A stretch of 62,059 bases of DNA from contig JACAEV010000197.1 of assembly GCA_013388645.1 (NCBI GenBank), positions 1 to 62,059 on the forward strand, written 5' to 3'. The notes under the pieces are model-generated. The model had not been told where the DNA came from. It made no database searches and saw only the letters and a program-made list of their open reading frames with translations. The stretch comes from Syntrophaceae bacterium (lineage in GTDB: Bacteria > Desulfobacterota > BSN033 > UBA1163). Positions within the stretch are counted from its first letter, which is position 1; each line of letters begins with the position of its first letter. The position numbers and the translations under genes were made by a program. Below are positions 8,693 through 18,306 of the stretch, piece after piece.

Positions 8693-9475
8693 ATGAATTT
8701 TGAGGATATTTTATATGATAAGAATGGCGATATAGCCCGAATAACTATCAATAGGCCTGAAAAAGGGAATGCTTTTCGGACAAAAACTTTGGCCGAAATG
8801 ATTTCAGCTTTAGAAGATGCAAAGGATGACTATAGTGTTGGAGTTATTGTGTTGACCGGAGCTGGTAAAAAACATTTTTGCACTGGAGGGGATTCAGCAG
8901 ACATGATAGGAGGAAAAGCAGGCTATAGCCGAGGTGTGAAAAAGATTTTTGAAGTAGAGAGACTGATAAGGATGTCACAGAAACCTGTTATTGCAGCTGT
9001 GAATGGTTGGGCAGTAGGAGGTGGGCATATTATGCACGTTTTATGTGATTTGAGCATAGCCGCGGAGACGGCCAAATTTGCGCAGGTGGGGCCGAAAGTT
9101 GGTAGTTTTGAAGCTGGCTTTGGGGCAGCGTACTTGGCTAGGGTTATCGGCGAAAAAAAAGCAAGAGAAATGTGGTTCCTTTGCAGGACCTACACAGCCC
9201 AAGAAGCATTAGAAATGGGGTTAGTCAATAAAGTCGTTCCTCTCGAACAGTTATCTAATGAAGTGGAAGCATGGTGCAAAGAAATTCTTGCGCTTAGCCC
9301 CACGGCTCTAAGCTTCCTAAAAATATCTCTAAACGCTCCGACCGACTGGATATATTCTCTCCAGAGATTAGCCGGAGAGGGTTTATGGCAATACTATGCA
9401 GGTGATGAGGCATTGGAAGGAAGAAAGGCTTTTCTGGAGAAAAGAAAACCTGACTTCAAACAGTTCCGCAAATGA
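8693..9475 (+). CDS. MenB/BadI-family crotonase-fold enzyme, probably a 2-ketocyclohexanecarboxyl-CoA hydrolase-type ring-opening hydrolase
   Basis: 260 aa. Motifs 'FEDILYDKNGDIARITINRPEKGNAFR', 'GGGHIMHVLCDLSIAAETAKFAQVGPKVGSFEAGFGAAYLARVIGEKKAREMWFLCR' and the C-terminal 'EKRKPDFKQF' are MenB/BadI hallmarks. There are no men genes nearby, and the next gene is a BadH-like SDR. Confidence 0.75.
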   Translation: MNFEDILYDKNGDIARITINRPEKGNAFRTKTLAEMISALEDAKDDYSVGVIVLTGAGKKHFCTGGDSADMIGGKAGYSRGVKKIFEVERLIRMSQKPVIAAVNGWAVGGGHIMHVLCDLSIAAETAKFAQVGPKVGSFEAGFGAAYLARVIGEKKAREMWFLCRTYTAQEALEMGLVNKVVPLEQLSNEVEAWCKEILALSPTALSFLKISLNAPTDWIYSLQRLAGEGLWQYYAGDEALEGRKAFLEKRKPDFKQFRK

Positions 9476-9526
9476 ATAGACTTGAATAAAAGAAGTAATG
9501 CTCTTGAAGCAGAAGAAGGAGGTATC

Positions 9527-10279
9527 ATGGATATTAAAAAGAAAAATGCGATAGTCACAGGAGGTGCAAAGGGGATAGGGAAGGGGATTTCTTTAAAGTT
9601 GGCAGAATATGGTGCAAATCTCACAGTTGTTGACATCGACGAAGAACTTTTACTCATTACAGCTGAAGAAATAAAAAAATTATATGGAGTCGAGACCTTA
9701 GGTCTAAAAGTGGATGTAACAAGCCTCGATCAGACCAAGGTGATGGTTGAAAGGACTCTTGAGAAATTCGGTCAGATTGACATTCTCGTTAATAATGTCG
9801 GGTGGGATATAGCCCAACCTTTTTGGGAGACCACGGAGGAATTTAGACAAAAAATAATTGATATTAATTATAAGGGTCTTGTAAATTGCTGTTTTTGTAC
9901 TGTTCCACATATGATTAAGCGGGAAAGTGGCAAAATTGTAAATATTGCCAGCGATGCCGGTCGTGTTGGAAGCATGGGAGAGACAGTTTATGCTGGATGT
10001 AAAGGGGGTGTTATTGCTTTTACTAAATCTCTTGCAAGAGAAGTAGCACGCTATAAAATAAATGTGAATTGTGTATCACCAGGTCCAACCGAAACTCCTG
10101 GCCACATTGAAGGAACTACGCCAAAATTGCGCGAGGCTTTGAAGAAGGCAATTCCTTTGGGAAGAGTTGCAACACCAGAAGAACAAGCAAATGCAGTACT
10201 GTTTTTTGCATCACCACTATCAGACTTTATTACGGGTCAGGTATTGAGTGTCAGTGGGGGGCTTACGATGGTCGGATAA
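9527..10279 (+). CDS. Short-chain dehydrogenase/reductase, BadH-like (2-hydroxycyclohexanecarboxyl-CoA dehydrogenase type)
   Basis: Motifs 'AIVTGGAKGIGKG', 'ILVNNVGWDIAQPF', 'IVNIASDAGRVGSMGETVYAGCKGG' and 'FITGQVLSVSGGLTM'. The start is set at ATG 9527 after GAAGGAGG; the track ORF starts at TTG 9482. Confidence 0.75.
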   Translation: MDIKKKNAIVTGGAKGIGKGISLKLAEYGANLTVVDIDEELLLITAEEIKKLYGVETLGLKVDVTSLDQTKVMVERTLEKFGQIDILVNNVGWDIAQPFWETTEEFRQKIIDINYKGLVNCCFCTVPHMIKRESGKIVNIASDAGRVGSMGETVYAGCKGGVIAFTKSLAREVARYKINVNCVSPGPTETPGHIEGTTPKLREALKKAIPLGRVATPEEQANAVLFFASPLSDFITGQVLSVSGGLTMVG

Positions 10280-10313
10280 TTTGTCTTATTCCGTACCAAT
10301 AGGGTGAGGAAAT

Positions 10314-11459
10314 ATGTTGGATAATTTTAATGAAGAACACAAACTCGTACGTGAAATGATTCAGAAACTCTGTCGCGATAAAGTGGTGCGAAGAGCAGCA
10401 GAAGTGGACAAAACTGAAGAATACCCTTGGGATCTTCATCAGCTCTTCGTTGAAAATGGATTATTTAATATTCGAGTGTCAGAGAAGTACGGCGGTGCGG
10501 AAATGGATTATACCTCAGCCTGTATCGTCGTTGAAGAATTGGCAAAAGTCGATGGTGCTTGCGCCAATACTGTTGCTCACCATCAAGCGGGCATGTGTTG
10601 CTTTATGGATGGCGCCAATGAAGTCCAAAAGGAGAAATACCTTCCAAAGATCGGTCGGGGTGACTACCTCGTTGGATTCGCTATGACAGAACCGAATTCG
10701 GGTTCAGATGCATTCTCTTTGAAGACCCGTGCAACAATGGAAGGCGAGGAATATGTGATCAACGGCGGGAAATGCTTTATTTCTAATGGCGGCATCACTG
10801 ATCTATATGTCCTTTTCACGACTGTTAACCCAGCTCAGAGGCGTGAGGGGATTACTGCATTCCTTGTAGAGAAAGAAACCCCTGGACTTATCGTTGGAAA
10901 AAATGAGAATAAAATGGGTTTTCGGGCATCACCTACGCGTGAATTGACTTTTGATAACATGCGAGTACCTAAGGAAAACCTTTTAGGGAAGATTGGAAAA
11001 GGTTGGGAATTAGTTTTGCAGTCACTTACCGAGACGAGAGTCCTTGTTGCAGCAATGGCATTGGGGATCGCTCAGGGAGCAATGGAAACGGCGATTTTAT
11101 ATGCAAAGCAAAGAGAGCAGTTCGGACAGCCTATCATTAATTTTCAGGGTATATCTTTCATGCTGGCTGATATGGCGATACAGGTGGAGTGTGCAAGAGC
11201 ATTAATTTACAAGCTTGCCGCTATGGTGGATCAAGGTAAAAGAAAGCTTCATTATTATGCTTCAGTGGCTAAGTGTTTTGCATCAGACATGGCCATGAAA
11301 GTAACGACAGATGCCGTCCAAGTTCTTGGAGGATATGGCTATACATCAGAATTTCCTGTGGAAAAGATGATGCGGGATGCTAAGGCAACACAGATCATCG
11401 AAGGGACAAATCAGATTCAACGCATCCAGATAGCAAAAGGCCTCATAAAAATGTATTAA
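10314..11459 (+). CDS. Acyl-CoA dehydrogenase
   Basis: 381 aa. Motifs 'GFAMTEPNSGSDA', 'INGGKCFISNG' and the C-terminal 'MRDAKATQIIEGTNQIQRIQIAK' with the catalytic Glu present. Confidence 0.9.
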   Translation: MLDNFNEEHKLVREMIQKLCRDKVVRRAAEVDKTEEYPWDLHQLFVENGLFNIRVSEKYGGAEMDYTSACIVVEELAKVDGACANTVAHHQAGMCCFMDGANEVQKEKYLPKIGRGDYLVGFAMTEPNSGSDAFSLKTRATMEGEEYVINGGKCFISNGGITDLYVLFTTVNPAQRREGITAFLVEKETPGLIVGKNENKMGFRASPTRELTFDNMRVPKENLLGKIGKGWELVLQSLTETRVLVAAMALGIAQGAMETAILYAKQREQFGQPIINFQGISFMLADMAIQVECARALIYKLAAMVDQGKRKLHYYASVAKCFASDMAMKVTTDAVQVLGGYGYTSEFPVEKMMRDAKATQIIEGTNQIQRIQIAKGLIKMY

Positions 11460-11475
11460 TAGAAAGGAAAACAAA

Positions 11476-12699
11476 TTGGGAAAACCAAAATTGAAAGATG
11501 ATGTAGTAATCGTCAGTGCCGCAAGAACACCATTTGGACGATTTGGAGGTATATTAAAAGATGTACCGAGCCTTGAATTGGGCGTTGCTGTTGTCAACGA
11601 AGTCATGAAGAGGTGCGGCAGGAAAGATATTCACGTAGATGAGGTTATTTTTGGATGCTGTGCACAGTGTGAATTCAAAACCTTAGCACCAGTAGTAGCG
11701 CGCCAGATACTCCTTAAGGCCGGTTTACCATCTGAAACTGTAAGTATAACGCTAGACCGAGCCTGTTGCTCCTCATTAGCGGCAGTACAAATTGCCCAGA
11801 GAGATATCGAAACCAATAATGCAGATGTTGTCTTAGCCGGCGGCGTAGAAAATATGAGTCGATTGCCATACTTAATTCGAGAGTTACGTTGGGGCACGAG
11901 AATCGGCGATGTGAAGTTGGTGGACGATCTGTTTGGTATGGAATCTGCGCCTGGATATGGAGCTGTAGCAGTGGACGCTGGTGAGGTAGCATTAGAATAC
12001 GGTTTTAAACGGAAAGATCAAGATCAATGGGCCTATAATAGCCAAATGCTTTACCAGACAGCTTTAGCGCAGGGTAAATATGAAGAAGAGATTTTTCCAA
12101 TTAGCGTCCCTCAAAAAAAAGGGCCTCCGATAATATTCAATCGTGATGAATTCCCTAAGCCGGATACCACAATAGAAGGTTTAGCTAAACTTCCAACTGT
12201 TTATGGATCTCCAACTGTAACAGCCGGCAACGCTCCAGGCTTGGATGCCGGTGCTTCGGCAGTGGTTCTGATGAGGCGGAGCAGGGCTGAAGATTATGGC
12301 ATACGACCACTTGCACGGATATTAACTGTTCAAAGTGTGGCAGGAGAACCTCACTACATGGCCATGGTACCGGCTACAGCAATTAAAAAAGCATTGGCGA
12401 AAGTGCAACTCTCCTTGGAAGACTTGGATCTTATAGAGATCAATGAGGCATTTGCTGCAATGCCTTTAGTGAGCCTCAAAGTACTTGCTGAGATGGATGA
12501 TAAACGAATGAAGAGGCTTGTTGAGATTACAAACGTGAATGGAGATGCAATAGCGATAGGGCATCCTGTTGGTGCAAGTGGGTGCAGAGTTCTTATGACG
12601 TTGATGTACGAACTGAGGAGGAGAGGAGGCAAGTACGGAGCTGCGACACTTTGTGGTGGCCTTGCACAGGGTGATGCCGCCATTATTGAAGCTGAATAA
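11476..12699 (+). CDS. Acetyl-CoA C-acyltransferase (thiolase)
   Basis: 407 aa. Motifs 'VVIVSAARTPFGRFGG', the active-site Cys region 'LDRACCSSLAAV', 'NVNGDAIAIGHPVGASG' and 'CGGLAQG'. It has a TTG start. Confidence 0.9.
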   Translation: MGKPKLKDDVVIVSAARTPFGRFGGILKDVPSLELGVAVVNEVMKRCGRKDIHVDEVIFGCCAQCEFKTLAPVVARQILLKAGLPSETVSITLDRACCSSLAAVQIAQRDIETNNADVVLAGGVENMSRLPYLIRELRWGTRIGDVKLVDDLFGMESAPGYGAVAVDAGEVALEYGFKRKDQDQWAYNSQMLYQTALAQGKYEEEIFPISVPQKKGPPIIFNRDEFPKPDTTIEGLAKLPTVYGSPTVTAGNAPGLDAGASAVVLMRRSRAEDYGIRPLARILTVQSVAGEPHYMAMVPATAIKKALAKVQLSLEDLDLIEINEAFAAMPLVSLKVLAEMDDKRMKRLVEITNVNGDAIAIGHPVGASGCRVLMTLMYELRRRGGKYGAATLCGGLAQGDAAIIEAE

Positions 12700-12731
12700 G
12701 CAGAAAAACGAATTTTACAGAGGAGGAAATT

Positions 12732-13586
12732 GTGGAGATTAGAACGATCAGTGTTTTGGGGCTTGGTATTATGGGACACGGCATAGCACAGGTTGCAGCT
12801 CAATCAGGCTTTCTGGTTTCGGTTTATGATATTAATGAAGAAGCGATTCAAAAAGGGCTGGATAGCATTAGGTCAGGATTAGATCGACAGATTAAGAAAG
12901 GAAAGATAAGTGAATCCGAAGCAAAAACAATAATGTCGAAAATAGTCCCGTCCATACACTTAATTGAAACAGTGAAATTAGCTGATGTGGTTATAGAGGC
13001 CATTCCAGAAATATTAGAGATGAAAAAAGAGACATTTCGGAAGATTGATGAAGCCCTCAAATCTGAATCGATCATTGCCACCAACACATCTCAGTTCAGC
13101 ATTACGGAACTTGCCTCCAGCACAACTCGGGCAGATCGGTTCATAGGAATGCATTGGTTCAATCCACCACAGATTATGAGACTTGTAGAGTTAGTCCGCG
13201 GGTTGGAGACCTCTGATAGCACTGTCGAAACCATACTGAGATTGTGCCGACAGTTTGGCAAAGAAACCATTGTTTGTTTAAAGGATACACCCGGTTTCTT
13301 AACAACCCGTATACTGAACGCTTTCTTGGCAGAAGCGTACCGTGTTGTTGAGGAGGGTATTGCCACTGCAGAAGATGTGGATAAAGCGGCGAAGCTGGCA
13401 TTTAACCATCCCATGGGTCCTTTGGAACTCGCTGATTTTTCTGGATTAGATACCGCTTTGAGAACAGCGATGGCTCTTGAAGCGGTCTATGGTGACCGGT
13501 ACAAGCCAACCCATACGATGCGGAATCTGGTTCAGGCCGGTCATCTAGGCCGGAAAACAGGGCGTGGCTGGCACCATTACGCTTAG
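12732..13586 (+). CDS. 3-hydroxyacyl-CoA dehydrogenase (Hbd type)
   Basis: 284 aa. Motifs 'ISVLGLGIMGHGIAQVAA', 'IATNTSQFSITELA', 'GMHWFNPP' and 'KDTPGFLTTR'. A GTG start follows GGAGGA. Confidence 0.9.
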   Translation: MEIRTISVLGLGIMGHGIAQVAAQSGFLVSVYDINEEAIQKGLDSIRSGLDRQIKKGKISESEAKTIMSKIVPSIHLIETVKLADVVIEAIPEILEMKKETFRKIDEALKSESIIATNTSQFSITELASSTTRADRFIGMHWFNPPQIMRLVELVRGLETSDSTVETILRLCRQFGKETIVCLKDTPGFLTTRILNAFLAEAYRVVEEGIATAEDVDKAAKLAFNHPMGPLELADFSGLDTALRTAMALEAVYGDRYKPTHTMRNLVQAGHLGRKTGRGWHHYA

Positions 13587-13675
13587 CAGTTCCCCAGAGC
13601 CCTTTTTTTCGTGAACAAAATGAACAAACGATAAGTAAATAAGGACCTATGCATTAGATAAAGAAGGAGAAGAAA

Positions 13676-14545
13676 ATGGAATATGAAAAAATCCTTTTTG
13701 AAAAGCAGGGTCGGTTGGCCTTCATTACTCTTAATGAAGCTAATCGCATGAATCCGATCGGCATCCGGATGCAGAGAGAGATTGTACAGGCCATTGAAGA
13801 GATCAACAATGATGATGAAATCCGGGTCAGTATTATTCGGGGTAAAGGCAAACACTTTAGTGTAGGCTACGCCCTCACCGATATCGATCCTGCCAGCACC
13901 GTGGCATGGCAGCTGATTGAAGACCGAAAAGGCAATATGTTGGAAGACCGAAACCGGCTCTATACCATCTCAAAAAGGTGGATGAACATCTGGGAATCCC
14001 CGAAAAGTTTCATCTGCCAGGTCCAGGGCAACTGTCTTGCTGGAGCGAATGATATTGCCCTGGTGTGCGATATGGTTATCGCCGCCGAAGATTCCAGATT
14101 TGGGCATCCGGGCGTGCGAGGAATCGGTACTCCTATTAGCGCTCCTTGGACCTATCTGCTCGGTTCGATGCGGGCTAAAAGGCTTCTCCTGACGGGGGAT
14201 ACGATCAGCGGCAAGGAGGCGGCGGAATGGGGGCTGATTACCATGGCAGTTCCCAGAGACAAGTTGGAGGCCGAGGTACTGAGGATGGCCAAGAGAATGG
14301 CAGCCATTCCGAACGACATGAGAGCCATTAATAAGTACGCGAGCAACAAGGTCATAGAAATGATGGGATTCAGGGAATCGATTATAAGCTACTGCGAATT
14401 GAATGCCATTGGCCACTTCATGCCCACAGTGAAGGAATTCTGGGCAAGGGTCGGGAAAGACGGTCTGCGTGAGGCGTTAAAATGGAGAGATAGGGATTTT
14501 GAGGAGATTGAAGAATTTTCGAGCTATCAGAATAAGTCGGAATGA
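13676..14545 (+). CDS. Enoyl-CoA hydratase/isomerase family protein
   Basis: 289 aa with crotonase-fold motifs 'LAFITLNEANRMNP' and 'VQGNCLAGANDIALVCDMVIAAEDSRFGHP'. Confidence 0.82.
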   Translation: MEYEKILFEKQGRLAFITLNEANRMNPIGIRMQREIVQAIEEINNDDEIRVSIIRGKGKHFSVGYALTDIDPASTVAWQLIEDRKGNMLEDRNRLYTISKRWMNIWESPKSFICQVQGNCLAGANDIALVCDMVIAAEDSRFGHPGVRGIGTPISAPWTYLLGSMRAKRLLLTGDTISGKEAAEWGLITMAVPRDKLEAEVLRMAKRMAAIPNDMRAINKYASNKVIEMMGFRESIISYCELNAIGHFMPTVKEFWARVGKDGLREALKWRDRDFEEIEEFSSYQNKSE

Positions 14546-14753
14546 GGTTAGCAAGTATTTTGTTGGACAACTTTATCCTTGGAATTAGTGTATGAAACGA
14601 GTGGACGTTCAAATGCTTTACAACCGAACGTGCGTAGTATTTTCCTCGGGGAAAGAATCAAAACTCTGAAAGGTATAAAAGGGTTTGAAAGTTCTACAGA
14701 AATACTATTCATGAAATCCAAGTTTTAAATCGAAGTAAGTAGAAAGTGGAATA

Positions 14754-15548
14754 ATGCTTAAGATTACTAACATCGAGATTGTTTATAATGATGTCATTTT
14801 GGCTGTTAGAGGTATATCTTTAGAGGTTCCTCAAGGGGGAATTGTAGCCCTATTGGGGTCCAATGGGGCCGGTAAAAGTACAACTCTAAAGGCCATCTCT
14901 GGCGTCCTTGATAGCGAAGAGGGAGAAATTGTTGACGGGAAGATAGAATTTAAGGGTGTTCTCCTAAATAGGAAAAATTCCAAAGAGATTGTTCGGCTTG
15001 GAATTATCCAGGTTCCAGAGGGTAGACGAATATTCGATGAGTTAACAGTGGATGAGAATCTATGGGTTGGGGCTTATCACCGTTTGGATTCCAAGAAGGT
15101 GAAAGAAGATTACCAAAGGGTGATGGATTACTTCCCCATTCTTAGAGAGCGCCATGGCCAGTTAGCTGGCTACCTTAGCGGAGGCGAACAGCAGATGTTG
15201 GTAATCGGTCGTGGAATCATGGGGAAACCAGAATTGCTTATGCTGGATGAGCCCTCATTAGGATTAGCCCCATTGATTGTGGAGGAGATCTTCCAGATTA
15301 TTCAGAAGGTCAATCACGAAGAGAGAACATCTATCCTCCTGGTTGAGCAAAATGCGAATATTGCTTTGCAAATTGCTAGTTACGGTTACATTATGGAGAA
15401 TGGCAAAGTGGTACTGGATGGTCCCAGTCAGAAACTCGCGGCAAACGAAGACGTAAAAGAGTTTTATTTGGGTTTAACTGATGTGGGAAGCAGAAAGAGT
15501 TATCGCGATGTGAAACATTACAAGAGAAGAAAGCGCTGGCTCTCCTAA
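14754..15548 (+). CDS. ABC transporter ATP-binding protein, LivF-like, with a basic C-terminal tail
   Basis: Walker A 'GSNGAGKST', signature 'LSGGEQQML' and Walker B 'LLMLDEPS'. A 26-aa extension 'LGLTDVGSRKSYRDVKHYKRRKRWLS' follows. Confidence 0.9.
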   Translation: MLKITNIEIVYNDVILAVRGISLEVPQGGIVALLGSNGAGKSTTLKAISGVLDSEEGEIVDGKIEFKGVLLNRKNSKEIVRLGIIQVPEGRRIFDELTVDENLWVGAYHRLDSKKVKEDYQRVMDYFPILRERHGQLAGYLSGGEQQMLVIGRGIMGKPELLMLDEPSLGLAPLIVEEIFQIIQKVNHEERTSILLVEQNANIALQIASYGYIMENGKVVLDGPSQKLAANEDVKEFYLGLTDVGSRKSYRDVKHYKRRKRWLS

Positions 15549-15560
15549 GGAGAAAGACCA

Positions 15561-16319
15561 ATGCCTCAACTTGTAGTGAAAGATCTTTCAATCAATTTTG
15601 GTGGCATCACAGCTCTTGTGAATGTCAGTTTCCAAGTAGAGAAGGGAGAGATTTTTTCCATCATTGGTCCCAACGGTGCCGGAAAGACCACCATCTTTAA
15701 CTGCATCAATCGGATTTATACACCGCACCGAGGTACGATTCTCTTTCAGGATCAAGATCTCCTCAGGTATAAACCTTTTGAGGTATCCAAGCTGGGAATC
15801 GCTCGTGCTTTCCAGAATATCGCATTGTTTGAAAACATGACGGTATTGGAAAACTTACTCTTAGGCCGCCATCATCGAATGAAATCAGGGGTGATGGCCG
15901 GAGGTATTTTCTGGGGAAAAGCTAAGAGAGAAGAATTATCCCACCGTAAAAGAGTGGAGGAGATCATCGATTTCCTTGAGATCGAGGCTTATCGTTATCA
16001 AATTGTTAAGACATTGCCTTATGGAATTCAGAAGCGGGTGGAATTGGCTCGCGCCCTATGTATGGATCCTTTTTTACTTCTTTTAGATGAACCGGTTTCT
16101 GGGATGAATGTAGAGGAAACCGAAGATACAGCGCGCTTTATATTAGATATTAATGAAGAATTGGGAACAACCATTGTATTGGTGGAGCATGATATGCGTG
16201 TGGTGATGGACGTTTCAGACAGGATCTGTGTCCTTAATTTTGGAGAGAAGATTGCTGAAGGGAGACCACAAGAGATCAGGAACGACCCCCTTGTTATCCG
16301 GGCCTACCTTGGGAAATGA
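15561..16319 (+). CDS. ABC transporter ATP-binding protein, LivG-like
   Basis: Motifs 'GPNGAGKTT', 'LPYGIQKRVELARAL', 'LLLLDEPVSGMN' and the C-terminal 'VIRAYLG'. Confidence 0.9.
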   Translation: MPQLVVKDLSINFGGITALVNVSFQVEKGEIFSIIGPNGAGKTTIFNCINRIYTPHRGTILFQDQDLLRYKPFEVSKLGIARAFQNIALFENMTVLENLLLGRHHRMKSGVMAGGIFWGKAKREELSHRKRVEEIIDFLEIEAYRYQIVKTLPYGIQKRVELARALCMDPFLLLLDEPVSGMNVEETEDTARFILDINEELGTTIVLVEHDMRVVMDVSDRICVLNFGEKIAEGRPQEIRNDPLVIRAYLGK

Positions 16320-18163
16320 ATTACCTTGCGGTCCCAGTTGATTTTTTGGAGTTGAAGAAAATGGAATTGAAGACTTTTCCTGCTATTTTTCAGGATAAAG
16401 TGAAAAGATTTGGAAATCAGGTGGCCTTGAGAGAGAAAGAATTTGGAATCTGGAGGAATATTTCATGGGCGGAGTACAATGAACATGTAAAACATTTCTG
16501 TTTGGGACTTATCTCACTTGGGTTAGAGAAAAGAGACAGGGTTTCGATCTTGAGCGAGAATTGTCAGCAGTGGTTATATGCTGATCTGGCCATCCAGTCA
16601 GCCGGCGCTATTACTGTAGGGGTTTATCCCACCAACCCGGCGGCCCAAGTAAAATACATTCTGGGACATTCCGAGTCAAAATTTGTAATCGTGGAGGATC
16701 AGGAACAAGCAGATAAGGTTCTGGAGGTGAAAGAGGATCTTCCTTGCCTTCGAAAAGCAATCGTAATCGATATGAAGGGATTACGTTACTACAACGATCC
16801 ACTTTTAATTAGCTTCGAAGAAGTAGAGAATCTTGGTAAAGAATTACATTCTAAGGAGCCCAATCTATTTGATTCCCGCTGGCAATCCTGTCAACCCCAA
16901 GATACAGCGGTGATTATATATACTTCCGGGACAACTGGCCCGCCTAAGGGGGCTATGCTCTCTCAACATAATATGGTAAACATGGTGTCGAGCGTTCTCA
17001 AAGTCATGCCCGTGACAGAGAAGGATAGTATGGTCTCTTACCTTCCACTATGTCATGCAGCTGAACGAATCTTTTCCATCCTCATCCCTTTGATGACGGG
17101 ATGTGTTGTAAACTTTGCAGAAAGCCTCGATACAGTCCAACAAAGTTTAGTAGAGATTGGTCCTACCCTCTTTCTAGGAGTTCCTAGAATCTGGGAAAAG
17201 ATGCATTCCTCCATTGTGATAAAAATGAAGGATGCCACTCCTCTTAAAAGGGTTACTTATCGTTGCCTGATTCCAATCGGGATGAAGATTTGCGAGAAGA
17301 GGTTAGCAAAACAGTCCATTCCATTCTGGCTTCTTGCCCTCAATAAAATAGCTCATATTTTTCTATATCGGGGGCTAAAGGGGTTTTTGGGATTGTCCAG
17401 AGCCCGGATCGTGATCTCAGGAGCTGCCCCCATCTCTCCTAATATTTTGAAATTTTTCCATAGCATTGGATTGAAGATCCGGGAGGGATATGGCCAGACT
17501 GAAATTTCGGGTATTTCTTTTATCCATCATTTTGATGATGTAAAGATTGGCACGGTTGGAAAACCCGTCCCAGGGGTTGAATTTTTTCTGGCCGAAGATG
17601 GAGAGATCGTTGAAAAGAGCGAAAGCATCTTCCAAGGTTATTTTAAGGATCCTGAAGGAACTCAGAGGATCTATAGGGATGGATGGCTCTGGTCGGGGGA
17701 TATTGGTGAAGTGGATGAGGACGGCCATCTCCGGATAGTTGATCGCAGTAAGGATATCATTGTCACCGCCGGAGGGAAAAACATCGCTCCTTCTGAGATT
17801 GAAAATTCACTGAAATTTAGCCCTTATATCAAAGAAGCCATCGTTATCGGCGAGGGAAAGAAATTTCTCTCAGCCTTGATTCAGATTGAGTATGATAATG
17901 TGAGCAAATGGGCTCAGGATAACAAAATCCCTTTTACAACCTTCAAGAGCCTTGCTCAAAATCCTCAAGTCTATGAGTTAATCCGGAAAGAGGTGGATAA
18001 GACTAACGATCAATTCGCCCGTGTAGAAAACATTCGCAAATTTATCCTTTTGGAAAAAGAGCTTGACCACGACGACGAAGAGCTTACAGCGACACTAAAA
18101 GTTCGGAGGAAGATTGTCGAGAAGAAATATAAGAGTTTGATTGACGCGATCTATGGTAAGTAA
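16316..18163 (+). CDS. Long (615-aa) AMP-forming acyl-CoA ligase embedded in the ABC operon (FadD/long-chain type)
   Basis: Motifs 'IIYTSGTTGPPKGAMLS', 'GYGQTE' and 'GDIGEVDEDGHLRIVDRSKDII'. An ATGA overlap with the upstream stop suggests translational coupling. An alternative start is ATG 16361. Confidence 0.85.
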   Translation: MNYLAVPVDFLELKKMELKTFPAIFQDKVKRFGNQVALREKEFGIWRNISWAEYNEHVKHFCLGLISLGLEKRDRVSILSENCQQWLYADLAIQSAGAITVGVYPTNPAAQVKYILGHSESKFVIVEDQEQADKVLEVKEDLPCLRKAIVIDMKGLRYYNDPLLISFEEVENLGKELHSKEPNLFDSRWQSCQPQDTAVIIYTSGTTGPPKGAMLSQHNMVNMVSSVLKVMPVTEKDSMVSYLPLCHAAERIFSILIPLMTGCVVNFAESLDTVQQSLVEIGPTLFLGVPRIWEKMHSSIVIKMKDATPLKRVTYRCLIPIGMKICEKRLAKQSIPFWLLALNKIAHIFLYRGLKGFLGLSRARIVISGAAPISPNILKFFHSIGLKIREGYGQTEISGISFIHHFDDVKIGTVGKPVPGVEFFLAEDGEIVEKSESIFQGYFKDPEGTQRIYRDGWLWSGDIGEVDEDGHLRIVDRSKDIIVTAGGKNIAPSEIENSLKFSPYIKEAIVIGEGKKFLSALIQIEYDNVSKWAQDNKIPFTTFKSLAQNPQVYELIRKEVDKTNDQFARVENIRKFILLEKELDHDDEELTATLKVRRKIVEKKYKSLIDAIYGK

Positions 18164-18306
18164 CGTAATAATACTGCATTAAATGGACTTAGACAGTCGA
18201 TAGCTTAGGGGGGAGTGGCGATTAAAAGATGCTCTTCCCAGTGATAGACTATAGAGAGCTTTTTCTGGTTTAATGGTTGGCAAAATCTCTATGGAGATGA
18301 AGGGAA

